A stretch of 64,000 nt of DNA from Botryllus schlosseri (Eukaryota), in NCBI GenBank assembly GCA_051294905.1, contig CM119375.1, positions 1,240,001 to 1,304,000 on the forward strand, written 5' to 3'. Position 1 is the first letter of the stretch; the number at the start of each line of letters is the position of its first letter. Below are positions 42,601 through 53,884 of the stretch, one piece after another. The notes below the pieces were generated by a model. That model did no database searches, was not told the DNA's origin, and saw only the letters and a program-made list of their open reading frames with translations. Both the position numbers and the translations under genes were made by a program.

Positions 42601-45600
42601 TTTGTAGCTTCGTTGTTACACGTTGGAATTGAGCCAAATCTGGTGTGCAATCAGCCAGTAAACTTTGAAAAAAAAATGTTAACAAACTTAATGTACATAC
42701 TCTTTGACCTTTGATGCTTATATGGCTTTTGAATAATATATTCATATTGAATTGAACCCGAATATTTTCGGCCCGCACTCGCCAGGGGCAATAGTCGGCA
42801 GTTAGTATTAACTTTGTATACCAATAGTTGTACAACTGTTAAGGTTACTTGTTAAGCAACCCTTGCTGATCTGACCACATATGGTAGTAGAACGATATAC
42901 CACGATAGCAGCAAACAACTACCATGCTCAACAGGGTTACATCATCTCTAAAAATAACGCTGGAATCTTGATGATTTAAAAGCACGACTCCCATATCTCA
43001 AACCAGCAACGCGCATCGCCAGTTTCGCGTGATAAATTCGACTCCCGATCGCGGATCGCTGTACCCGAATCTGATCGATGTTTTTCACATCGGTAATGAC
43101 AGGGTTACTCGCTACCGTGGCCAGAGTTTTGAGTTCCAACAATCGTAGTAACGCTAGAAAACGGTCACGAGCAAGCACTTAATTGCATGTTTTCGGCACG
43201 TTTTCTAGAAACCAATTGCAGAATCGCGTATTTTAGTTATCTCCATAATAACAACAACTAGCTAATTGTAATCACGTTATTGCAACTGCATCTGCTCAAG
43301 GATTCATACACAGTCCACACGATGTACAATCCTGTAAACCCTAAACTTCGCTTCGAATTCTAGATATAACTCACCTAATACTACCGTGAATGTAGAGTAG
43401 GGTTGTTTAAAATTAACTTTTTTTAATTTCTGCACGGCTAGTGGCTAAAATTGTTAGGTTGGCTAAAATACGTTGCAGCTCAAATTTGGCTCAATTCCAA
43501 CGAGTAGAAGAGAGATTGGCGTTGAAAGTTTTTTTAATTAATTATTAAAAATTCAAAAAATTGTACAAATTTCACTGGCTGACCCATGAATTGTTAAGTT
43601 GTCTACAAAAACTACGCAAAACAAATTTGACTCAATTCCAACCAGTAGAAGTGGAGCTATTTGAGTTTTTCTTCGATAATTCGGGGATTATCCTAGATCC
43701 ATGGTTAATCCAAAAATTATCATCGAAAAACTCAAATAACTCCGCTTCTATTGGTTGGAATTGAGTCAAATTTGTTTTGCATCGTCTTTGAAGACAGCGC
43801 AACAATTTCATGGGGTTGACCAAAAAATTGGACAAACATCTTTTTTTGCATCTTTAGGTAAGTAAATTCAAAATTTTCAAACTGTACGAAATCAGCGATT
43901 ATTGGCTGGAATGAATTAAAATTTGGTGTGCGTCGTTTAAGGCAACCTAACGATTTAATCACGTAACCATCCAGATTCAGCAAAAAAAGCTATTTTTGAA
44001 CAGCCCTACTGTACACAGCCCCTATTCCACGTTCTGACAAATCGGTCCGTTCCGCACAACGGCGACGTTGACGATCAGACTTGTGCTACCTCTAAAGTCG
44101 TATCGATCATTCCTATCCGATAATGAACATTATGTATTCGAATCGAATCATTTTGTCCAGCCCTATAACCACGATCTGACAAATCGTTTCGCTCAGCACA
44201 ACAGCGACGTTTAGCGGAATACCACGAGCGGCGGCGAGTGATGCGATAATTCTTTCTTTACGGCACAACAGCCACATCTAGCGATTACTCACGGAAGATA
44301 TGAAGCTGGAATTCCTGTTAGAGTTCGGCGAGAAAAATTCGGCCTCGTACGGCGAACTGGAATCGAGCAGCAGCCTGGCGTCGAACGAATTCGGCCGCTG
44401 GACCCTCGGGTATGCATTTGAACCTCGCAAATGATGATTGATATCCTGAAAAAGATGTGTTTCTAGTTAAGACAACCGCGTCTGTGATTTGTGATGGTAT
44501 GCCCGTCTTGGCCATCACTGGTTACACATTTAGGTCCGATCAATAGTCGTATTACGAGTGTTTGTGATGGTAAGTCGTCTGTAGCGACGAAATACAAGGT
44601 ACATATTGAGATTTAAGATGGGAACAATGTCATTCTGAAATGGAGGTTCCATCTTCAGAATTTATCATCTCACTTGTAATAAATATTCATCATGAGTATA
44701 TTCCTATGGTTTTATCATTTCAAAATTTGTTAATGCATAGTTAAACATGTGCACCAGTAATCTATAGTAATGTATTAGATCAGTTTACAAACAATTTGAT
44801 CAGTTCAACACACCCCAGATTGCGACGCCATGCAAGGATAGAGAAGGTTTCGAAACGACTCGGTGTAGTCTTTGAAATAAGACACCGACCTGGGCGAGGC
44901 GATGGCAAGGAAGATGCGTTAGATATGTAATGATTTTTTGCGAATCAGCGAAAATTTGGGGTCGCGTAGGCTAGCAGGTCGCGTAAGTGTTCTTCAGTTT
45001 ACTATTAAAGGTTAAGAACCACTGATTTAATGTCCGTTATCGATTACAAGCAATATCATATCATGAATTTCATGGCTGATAATATTGTCTTCCGTTATGT
45101 TATAAATTTATGATATGGAAGAGTGGGTAAAGTGCGGGAGCACGTGGCGCGTTGCTGCAACGAAAAGCGACTCACTTGTCGCGTTCTCTGATGCAGATGA
45201 ATGACGCAGGGCGATCTGGATTCGACCGTGAATAAATCTTCTTCCACGGAGTTGGGCGACTGATAGTGCAAGTGCGACGGCAAGCCACGTTCCAAGTCGA
45301 GCTCCGACACGGCTGAAAATCAAAACGATGATTCGTATTTGGCTGGATCACGCAAAGCACCAGTTGTGTGATTTGTAGTCGGCGGCATGTCACCTTTTAC
45401 CTAGATTTTCACCCGAGCGATACATTGAAATGACGTTATACAATTTCGCTGAAGTATCTAAGATTAGAGGATTAGGATTGTCGAGTCGACACCGATTAAA
45501 CCGATAACTAGCACTTTCGCCGATAACCCCGATATAATCGATCGAGATTGCAAATATATAGCATCTCATGGGTTCCTAAACGTTTCATTTTTCACGACCC

Positions 45601-48600
45601 CAAATTTCGATTTGAAAATGTTGCACGACCCCATCATCACTCTGTTTGGCGTGCTGGTTACTAAAAATTGGTCATAACCTTCGTCCAAACCTACTCGAAG
45701 CCTATGTGTGAAGCTGGCGACTTTTAGTACTGCAATAATAGTATTGACTCGGCGATACCATTCGATACCTTCGCATTCCTCAGTAATCGTGTTTTCTTCT
45801 ATTTTGAAAATATTAACCAAAATATTCAGATATGAGCCACCAATAGCATCCGCTTAATTGGAATTTTTGTAATAGTCATTGGAATGGTGTATAATTTTCG
45901 CCTCCCCGACCCAAGAGAATAGTCAAACCATCCCATTGGATCCGCGACCCCTAGTTTGGGAACTCCTGATCTATCTTCATGCGCATTTCCAAAACTTCAG
46001 ATTATTTATTTGAACCGCTTTACCGCCATTTATGCTTGGGCATGGGTATAATGGGCATCTTGGACATGAAATAAACTCGAAAGGCTGCATTTGGACGCCT
46101 GTAAGCACTAATCAGTGGTGGTTAGAGTAACGGAGTATTTGTACTTCTTCAGACTCGAGCAGATTTGCCAACTCGCGCTGATTACTAATGTGGTCACTGG
46201 TCAGGTCATGATTTCCAACTACGTCAACTTCTAAATCAAAGTTTGAGCAACAAAAATAGATCAATATTCCCATTCTGGCAGTCGTAGATTATATTATTCC
46301 TGACTCACTGCTGCCATGATGCGACGCTACGAAGATTGCCGATATTTTTACCTCTACCGACCGATGCCGACATTTCCTTCAAAGAGTAGTACTCTGAGAC
46401 TCTCGATCATAATAGGTGGGGTTTAGTTAGGATCAGACCGGGTCGGATAGGGTGTGAAATTCTGTATTTGTACACCAAGTTGTGTACGAGACGAATAGCT
46501 GTTATCGGTATACTTGCGAGCAATGCGCAAACAAAGCACTCCGGCATGTCGCGCTGCTTGCGCGATAAGACGCGACGCGGGACGTTTGATCGATGTGTGC
46601 GGATCGACGTGTGCTAGCCGCACATTTTCGGCAAATAGTGTACATGCTACAAAACGTGACAACCGAGCGATACCGACACACCAAAGTGACCGATTCATGT
46701 TTACACGTGACAGAAGCGATATCTATAAATAAAATTTCGGTTCCGAACACTAACTTTTGAATAGTATATTCATATTGAAATGAACCCGAATATTTACGGC
46801 TGACATTCGTCGGGGGTAATCGTCAGCAACTAGTAGAGAATTGGAAAGAACATTGTATAACAACAATCGTAACACAAAATATGACGTCACCAGCATGAAA
46901 TTTCGAATAAGAGAGCGTTCATTACACTAACTTTGGAAAATTCGAAACGAAAATGGCATTCTGGCACCAAAAACTACACACGCCCGCCAAATTGACTAAA
47001 TTCAATAATAATATATTATATCGAATCAATTGAACATTCGGCGCACAATGTTCCTTTCAATTCAATTACCTACTAGTTGAATTCTCCACTAGTGGCTGAC
47101 GATTACCCCTGACGAGTGTCAGCCGAAAATATTCGGGCTTATTTCTATGGGGATATATTATTTAATTGTATAATTAAGTTGTGTGCCTCCAAGAGTGTGT
47201 TCAAATTGACTAAAATTCGACTTGAGGGAATCGTTAGATATTGTCCGTGCGAATTGAAATCTGATCGACAAGAAGTTCAAAAACCAATTCCCTCAGTCGC
47301 GCGACGCAAAATAATTAAGATATATTTCTTAACGAAACTTTACACAACGGGAAATCAAACTCGATTCCTTGCTAGCCTACTTTGAACCGCGAAACATTAT
47401 CCAAGAAAGATTTCGATACAACTTCAAGCCCTGGCGCTAGCACTTAGCAGAATGTTGTTTGAGTCAAAAAGATTTTGTTGCGGGTTCGAGTCCGATCGAG
47501 TTGCACTCCAAAATTCGAACCTTAAAGATTTATCCTGGCTCGCCATGTTATCAGTGTATGGGGTGTCTTAAAAAATCCTAGAATGAAAGTGGGCCGTGCT
47601 ACAAGTCGTCAAAGATCAGGAATCACAAATAATTTGGACATGGTGTAAAATGACCATAGATGTCGAAACACGCGTTTACGCGTTTACGCGAAATTCAAGC
47701 CAAGGACTCTTTCGCCTCAAACACCTTAGAAGCCAGCCTTTTCAAGACTCTAGCGCGCGGCAGAACTCCTACAAGCATTTCGCGAATGTAACACAGAACC
47801 TCAACGAGCGACAAGGAACACTCGACGCGTCTCAACCACACTCGAAGGATCTTAAGGACTTTCGAGTCGCCCCAAACCGTTTCAGAGTTTCGAGAATAGA
47901 CAAACCTTTTCTGTGCGAAAAAGGAATCGAAAATCGCGCCATTGGAGCGGTCGGTATGAAATCGTTCAAAGAAGGGCTTCCGAATCGATCATTAAACCAC
48001 GAATCAAGTCGAATTTCCGAGTATGTATAAAAGTATGGGCAATTTGGAATGCTCAAATGATTAATATTTAGTGACGTCAAAGCAATCACACACATACAAG
48101 GTCAGTGCCGAAGCACGTCTAACTAGGAAGTATTCCAAGTAGGTTTTGGCAGGGTCGCAACCAAGCCACAAGGTTCCGAGTCACAAGTCCATCTCACTTT
48201 ACTCGAGTCAAGTCGAGTCCGAGTCCAAGTCATTATGTTCACTGTTCCGTTAGGGAGTTCATTCAGGTTCAACCCACTTTTTCAACTCTGCTGAAGTGAT
48301 ATAGAACAACTCGCATTCATAATATCGTAATTTTCCTGAGTCCTAACAGTTCTTGACCCTATTTTTCAAGTATCAGGACGGATTAACGAAATACCAATAA
48401 CGTTGCAACTTTACTATTCTTCGAAGTTACAATGAAATGTCTGTCTTCGCCGTCCTAGTCTCGAGTCCTGTGACTTGGTTCAAGTCATACACAATGACCC
48501 GAGCACAAGTCGAGTCGATACACAATTTGACTCAGCCGAGTCGAGTCATTTTACGCATTTGAAAAAAGTGACTCGAGTCAAGTTGAGACACCAAAAAGTC

Positions 48601-49608
48601 GTGACTCGAATTTTGTATTGACTCTACGTGTACTCGAGTAAATGTGCATGACTCGAACCAAGTCATATGACTCGAACCAAGTCACATGACTCGAGACTAG
48701 GACGGCCAAGACCGACATTTCATTGTAACTTCGAAGAATAGTAAAGTCACCACATAATTGGTGTTTCGTCTATCAGTCCTGATACTAGGAAAATAGGGCG
48801 AGAAACTGTTAAGACTGAGGAGAATTATTATATTGTGAACGCGAGCCATTCGATATCACTCGAGGGGAGTTGAAAAACGTGGGTTGAACCGGATTGTACG
48901 GAAAACTGAACAGTGAACATAAAGACTTGGACTCGGACTCGAGTCAAAACACCACGTATCGCACTAGACCCTCTACTATAGCTGACTTGGACTCGGCCTT
49001 GACTAGGTGGTGAATTGAAAACGACTCGACTTGACTCAAGTAAAACTGTAAAAGTAAGATTGACTTGCGACTAGGAACGTTGTGACTTGGTTACAACCCT
49101 AGAAATTCCGGTTCTACCAAGGTGCACTGCTTCGTGCTTTGGATGCTGCGTTACAACTGATCCAGATTTCAAGTCTCCAAAGATTCAAGTTGATACAATA
49201 TTTCTTACTGGTCAAGGACATAAAATTTCAGTGCTCAAAAATAATAGCTTCTCACAACTCGCCTCGAACCATTAGAATTAATACTATAGGTTCAGATTAG
49301 AATAATCGCATCATTGTGCAAAGTCCTACTCAATAGTACACAGAGATAAGCTCTCTCTGCCTTCGAATAACAGAGATCTTGTGAAACATGCAAATTCAAG
49401 AATCCGGGAGCTGAGCAGCGAAGAAAATATGATCCACCCCGCCCCGGATTTCGACGAAGTTCTTCCACTCACTCTTGTAATATCCCTTCGGTTTTTTTAG
49501 ACTCCATCGTTTACTCTTTTTCCTCGAAAACGCCCCAAAATCGTCCGAGTACGGGCTCCAGTTCTTATCATAGTCGCGTTTGTCGCTGGAATTCAACGCG
49601 TTTCCCAT
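15617..49608 (-). CDS. NHS/NHSL1: NHS / NHS-like (Nance-Horan syndrome family, WAVE-homology-domain actin regulator), 17 coding exons, about 1428 aa: 49473-49608, 45176-45312, 44293-44445, 27740-27854, 26950-27111, 25799-25876, 25256-25386, 24969-25079, 24394-24519, 23231-23341, 21965-22148, 18839-21014, 18010-18141, 17694-17792, 16603-16742, 16096-16270, 15617-15737
   Basis: Every intron is GT-AG and phases chain into one open frame of 4287 nt ending in TGA at 15617. Family motifs appear in vertebrate order: VSELD...HYQSP...LF...SRSPCVIHLHQ (WHD C-half), VDTSGAKFDRQANLRRS, VEIQTDDVKVIP, SSGCWSG, a proline-rich block, DDLMTAIYRSKR, DDFKALLLQ, MSAAE, RPMMSIQE. The comparison is with recalled vertebrate NHS/NHSL1 motifs. 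Extra exons in the 16.4-kb intron cannot be excluded. Confidence 0.88.
16835..17560. repeat. Family B element with a tandem array of GAAAAGTGAGTAGTTCTAGTTCTAGTTGCGG-like units, interrupted by a family A arm
   Basis: At least 8 units of 30-42 bp at 16980-17245 and further units at 17405-17560. The ORFs 16894-17208 and 17433-17699 (LELELL/TRTRTT) are translations of this repeat. Confidence 0.85.
18839..21014 (-). CDS. Large Ser/Pro-rich internal exon of the NHS-like gene (2176 nt)
   Basis: Bulk of the 789-aa ORF. Acceptor cccctactttgtcttgccctaccacAG at 21015-21016 (phase 1); donor TATAG|gtaagt at 18839 (phase 2). Contains TPPPPPPMDQLPPPPPEL. Confidence 0.92.
23464..23710. repeat. Local tandem duplication (about 145-bp period)
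   Basis: TAACCTATTTTT...ACACACACA.....AGTAATTGAATGAATT.GAACACATGC...ACATAAT occurs twice. Confidence 0.8.
28116..28511. mobile_element. hAT (Charlie/Buster-type) MITE, 396 bp
   Basis: TIR CAGTGGTTCCCAAC / GTTGGGAACCACTG; 8-bp TSD GTCTAGAT / ATCTAGAT (7/8), fitting the NTCTAGAN target preference. Confidence 0.9.
29911..30688. mobile_element. Non-autonomous hAT element, 778 bp, perfect 8-bp TSD
   Basis: TIR CAGGGTTGCCAGA / TCTGGCAACCCTG; GTATAGTT at 29903-29910 and 30689-30696; subterminal GGCCC(C)TTTT repeats at both ends. Confidence 0.92.
35925..36370. mobile_element. Family B element, inverted orientation
   Basis: Reverse complement of the family B core (GTGATACCGGTGTTCTGTTGTGTGATGTTCTT...GCTAGCTCAGAG) plus TTCTAGTTGCGG repeats. 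Confidence 0.7.
37900..38225. mobile_element. Family D repeat
   Basis: GTATCGTGCGAAACGAACCAAGCTTGCTGTACAGACATTCGCCATTCTCGTGCTTATGAGAATCAAC core. Confidence 0.8.
39767..39990. mobile_element. MITE family A, complete palindromic copy
   Basis: Both arms present; starts TA|CAATCGAATAATAT. Confidence 0.8.
42360..42700. repeat. Partial copy of the 43.4-44.0 kb fold-back family
   Basis: Two GTTGGAATTGAGCCAAAT cores (about 42487 and 42623). Confidence 0.7.
43395..44011. mobile_element. Fold-back MITE with TA flanks (Tc1/mariner-like termini), about 617 bp, palindromic over most of its length
   Basis: TA|GAGTAGGGTTGTTTAAAA ... TTTTGAACAGCCCTACTG|TA. Mirrored ORFs 43561-43764(+) and 43632-43835(-) give near-identical peptides (TNLTQFQPxExELFEFFxDN), confirming the palindrome. 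Confidence 0.85.
44016..44211. repeat. Local direct duplication (about 55 bp, about 142-bp spacing)
   Basis: CAGCCC(C)TAT..CACG.TCTGACAAATCG..CG.TC.GCACAAC.GCGACGTT occurs twice. Confidence 0.75.
45176..45312 (-). CDS. NHS-like exon encoding the C-terminal half of the WAVE homology domain
   Basis: ttttgattttcAG|CC GTG TCG GAG CTC GAC ... CGA CAA|gtgagt; peptide VSELDLERGLPSHLHYQSPNSVEEDLFTVESRSPCVIHLHQRTRQ resembles NHS [43 protein letters not shown]. Confidence 0.88.
45567..45971. mobile_element. Degenerate hAT-like MITE
   Basis: CATGGGTTCCTAAAC ... GTTTGGGAACTCCTG imperfect TIRs with internal CGACCCC motifs; no clear TSD. Confidence 0.45.
46758..47170. mobile_element. MITE family A, two inverted arms with a longer spacer
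   Basis: Minus-oriented arm 46758-46900 and plus-oriented arm 47080-47170. Confidence 0.8.
48150..49101. mobile_element. Long fold-back element (about 950 bp; arms about 48150-48485 and 48665-49101) rich in GACTCGAGTC motifs
   Basis: Termini CAGGGTCGCAACCAAG / CTTGGTTACAACCCTA. The arms match along their length (e.g. ACTTTACTATTCTTCGAAGTTACAATGAAATGTC versus its reverse complement at 48715-48748). The right arm has an insertion at about 48935-49020. No TSD seen. Confidence 0.85.
49473..49608 (-). CDS. Candidate first coding exon of the NHS-like gene (MGNALNSS...KKSKRWSLKKPKGYYK)
   Basis: ATG in gccgcgATGG context, 45 open codons, consensus donor AAGA|gtgagt in phase 1 matching the 45312 acceptor (junction ...YYK-T-VSELD). 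Confidence 0.7.
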
Positions 49609-49956
49609 CGCGGCTCAATGAAGGCGCACCTCTCGTTATAATATAATATACAACCGCTCTATAGCAAGACTATTTACATGAATAAAGATAGCTCTGAAAT
49701 CATACCAAATAAAAACTACGTGTTACTAGAAATAAACGCCTCGTCATCTCCTCCGAAATAAACGTACAGCTAGTGAAGAGTGGAGTACCAGTATCGAAGT
49801 ATAATCGCCTACGGTACAGACTTTCAGAATGACGATACCGCCATGTCAAGCCATGATGAGCGATTGGTGGGTAATTGTCGTACAGATAGAGGGTGGTTGA
49901 AAGGAAATTGTGGTTGATGAAACTGGATAAAAGCCTGTTATGTTATAGCTGCTGGT

Positions 49957-50437
49957 CGGACTTGTACAAACTATACTGGATTTACAAAATACACAACTAG
50001 AACTAGAAGTAACAACCTTTAACTACAGAGCAACTCACACATTTTAGAAAAGAAATAAACTAGAAAGAAATATTGAAGATATGCAATCAGCATTTCAAAA
50101 GGGCGGAGTTTCGAGTTTGAAATGGGAGGGTTTCGACCCCCAAAACCCACACCCTGGCTACGCCACTATTAGCAGTGATGACTCTGAGCTGGCAATAATG
50201 GCTGCAAGAACATAACACAACAGAACACCGGCATCACGATCGACAGCATGTGTGTTCTAGTTGTTCGGCAACTAATATCATTGATATGTGCAACTAGAAC
50301 TAGAACTATTTACTTTTCAAAATCCGCATCAATATCTGAAACTAGTGCTACCGGTAGTCACTTTTCAAAATCCGCAACTAGAACTAGAACTGCTCAGAAA
50401 ATTAGTAGGTAGTAGATCGCTCGTTTGTGCAAGTCCA
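49957..50437. mobile_element. Family B non-autonomous element (termini C(A/G)GACTTGTACAAAC / GTTTGT(A/G)CAAGTC) with a CCCTGGCTACGCCACTG-containing core
   Basis: The same core and CAACTAGAACTAGAACT repeats recur at about 5020-5412, 35925-36370 (inverted), 52555-52790, 54543-54725, 55050-55385, 56500-56640 and 56980-57080. Confidence 0.75.
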
Positions 50438-53400
50438 TACACTACACAGCCATGTCAAGCCATAATGAACAACGAAACGATTGGTAGTTAATTGCTGTAA
50501 ATAAAGGGTGCTGAAAAGGGTTCTATGCTTCATTATAGTATTATACTAAGCTCATATAAGCTCATATACCTTTCATTCTACGGTAGTATTGCGCGCGCTA
50601 ACGTCTCGCACTCGGCCGATAGCGAATGAATGACAGATTTACACAATGATTCGCTTAAGGAAACAAAACCGCCTGTCATAATTGATGAAAACGCTGTAAT
50701 CATTCTCACGCCGAACAATAATTTACAACGGTTGAAGAGCACCGCGTAGTAAACGCGCTACGCTACCGAGGGCGTCAAACGACCGCAGGAAACTGACAAA
50801 ACTTAATATATTACTCCAATATAGAGACGTAACTCTAGTAAGGTTTATTTTCCCCAAGATGCTTCGCTTGCTATATACAATACCACCTGTTTATTTACAT
50901 AATAGCCGCTACTATTTACGTAGCTTCAACCATCATATATTCGCGCTGTGATCTACATACAATTATTTATATTTACTACAAAATTTGTCTCGTCCTTTGG
51001 AATACTCCCTGTGTTATGTAATATTTGCTATTCACTGTTACACCTTCGCAATGTACCACGCACTATTGAATCAATTTTTTTCTAATGCCTGCGGTTGACT
51101 CGTTCACTATGCTGCACTGATTTCTGGCTGACACATTACTTATATAAAATCATATATCCCTACGAATATTTGTTTTATATCACAATTCTTCAATGAAATG
51201 CATTTCTTGTACAACATCCAATCAATCTTTCGTGTCACATACAATTCGAATTCTATGCTTGAACTTTTTGCGATGATAAATAAATTCTACCGGGCATTAC
51301 GCTGTTAGAACATTCAGCTATTCATGTCAAGCCGAAACATTCTGCCGACACCCCGCACACACGATCATACGTCGGAATACTCGTACTTGAATTAATTCAT
51401 CACAAAGCGCATCCGACTCTGTGCGTTCTAAACATTAATTATGAAACACCGGATAAGCCTGGATTACATGCAGCTGTCCCCTTTCCCAACTCCGGCAGGT
51501 GGTTCGCGGACCCGGTTGTCTATGTCTACGCGAAGTGTTTCAAAAGTAGCATTAAAATTGCGTCTAGGATTGCTGCGCTGTTTTCATAGACGTCAGTATG
51601 TATTACACAGGTTACATAAATATACCGGGCGTAATTCGGAACCGAATCGTATAGGCTGCTATTAAATTTTAATGACGAATAAACGTTCTTATTATTGTGA
51701 GTCTGATACACAGACTCTTTATGACTACAAACCTACTTTTTATCGAGAAAGATGTGCATAAGGGGTTGTACAAATGAGGCTCAGATAGCATTACACATAG
51801 GTAATACATACATTGTAAAAACATGATTGAAAAATAAGGGTATATATACCAGATTTCTATGATAGCGTGGGTTACAAAAAGGGCAAATGGCACTTCTGGC
51901 ACCAGATTTTGTTTCAGCACCAATCCCAATGGGGAAAACAGGTCACATGCGCAATTCTTATCGATACATATCGAACTTTTATCGCTTTCTTGGGGTAGTA
52001 GACGAAAACAGAGCATATCCCCCCCCCCCCCTAGGATCGACCTGTCCCACCCCTAGGATCGACCTCTCCGAGGACTGATGCATCTGAATTTTTCTCACCT
52101 AATGAAATGCGAAATCTTGCACCATAGAGTGGCGTTAACCCCACTCGCATCTTACGCTATGGTACAAATCGACGAAACACAAGCTTTTGGTTTAGATTAG
52201 AGTGCGCTACAACAGCGTACCATCGACTGCTAGATGCATATTCGAATGCACATTGCACAACAGAGAGCTGCTCTGGCGAAACTTCTGCCTCGCATTTTCA
52301 GAACAGATGAGCGACCTTTTCACCTCGCTTCATGCAAGTGCGTTTATTAAGTGCCAAGTTGAAAATCAATCCCTGAGAGACAACGTGAACAGATTGGCCG
52401 CAATATTGTACATATGGCTGATTCCAATATCTCACCTGCTTTAAGCTAGCTTCTCATCTAGAATATACGCGACAGGGCAGCACACTTGTACAGTGTACAG
52501 TGTGTACACTACTGAATTGCAAATAAGCTTAACAATGTTATAGATAGAATCGGCATTTCAAAAGGTCGGGGATTCGAATTTGAAATGAGAGAGCTTCAGA
52601 CCCCAAAGCTCACCCCTGGCCACGCCACTGGTAGTAGGGACGACTTTAAGCTAGCAATGGCTGCAAAAACATCACATAGCACAGAATACCGGTATCCCAA
52701 TTCACGCCAAACGACGACACGTGTTTTCTAAATGTTCGGCAACAAATTTCTTTAATGCGCAACTAGATCTAGAACTACTCAAAACCAGTTATCGCTAAGC
52801 GTTTGTATAAAGCAAATCGAGTCTAAAATGAACGTCGGGTGATGATCAATTTGCGATCAATTCCATATTGCGAGTCCGTTCAATAATTTACGGCCGAAAT
52901 ATTTTCGTATCACGGCAAGTAGCTTGATCCAATCAATTGCAAATTGATGACCGTAATTGAAAAATCGAATACTGCGGAGACATCGCGAACCATCCGGATT
53001 TTGTTACTGATTTTCTGTTCCGATATCCGCTGTAGGTTCAGTTTATAACACATGCTCGTTTGTCTCCAAGGCATCAAGCTGAGGACATTTTTACGACCGG
53101 AAGCCATAATCTATTGTAAGAAGCACTAAAATTTCATTGCTCTCGTGTAAACCTTTACCCTCGCGGTAAGTTGTCACAATACAGACGCATCACATGCTGC
53201 AGTCGCACATTAGGACAACGGATGCGAGAAAATAAATCGATGCGTAAATAAATATGTCAAGCGACAATCCATTGGTACAAAACGCGATCCATAGCCAGAA
53301 CATATCGCAGTAAATTGTACGTTCAGAGAATAGCGACTCATATTTACCATAAGCCATATTCGTCCATGTACCATGTACGTATCTATAAGCTCCTTTAACT

Positions 53401-53593
53401 GTACAAAGTTCATAATATCCTGTCTTTCTGACTCAATGGTTACTTGACGGGTGAACGCTCGCGCAAATCTGCAAAGCTTCGGCTAGCCCCCACTTTCAGC
53501 CAAGTCACAAGGACATAAATCTAACATATTACGCACCTCGTACATTACTGTGCAATACTGTTGCACAAACCCTGCACTAATAATAGTCTAGTT

Positions 53594-53884
53594 CAGTGGT
53601 TTTTAACCTTTATTGACCGGGCGAACCCCATATTTTCGCCTTGTCACAAAAACAAAACCTAACACAATGCACATCTAGTACATCACTACAAAGAACCGTT
53701 GCAAAAAATGAACTGTGTATCAACAACAGCGTCAAAGGAAAAAAAAACATTAAAGCATGATTTTCACACAAAATGAATATCAACTGCAAATCAGTGCGGC
53801 TTCTGCTGTATAAGTCTGGCGAGTGTCTTGACCCCCCACCGAACCTCTGATATTGGCTCAGGGGACCCCGGTCAAAAACTACTG
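53594..53884. mobile_element. Degenerate hAT (Charlie-like) MITE
   Basis: CAGTGGTTTTTAACC ... GGTCAAAAACTACTG; flanks GTCTAGTT / TTGTAGCT (5/8). Related termini at about 3755-3775, 25487, 45005-45024, 59551-59563 and 63721. Confidence 0.65.

Noticed and set aside
46309-46378. Consensus donor GCA|gtgagt with upstream ATGs as another first exon
   Set aside because: The available ATGs give phase 0 or 2, not the phase 1 needed for the adjacent WHD exon. A non-coding or exon-skipping use remains possible but unsupported.
47430-47510. GGTTCGAGTCC B-box as a tRNA or SINE
   Set aside because: No cloverleaf, no convincing A-box at the right spacing, and no second copy in the window.
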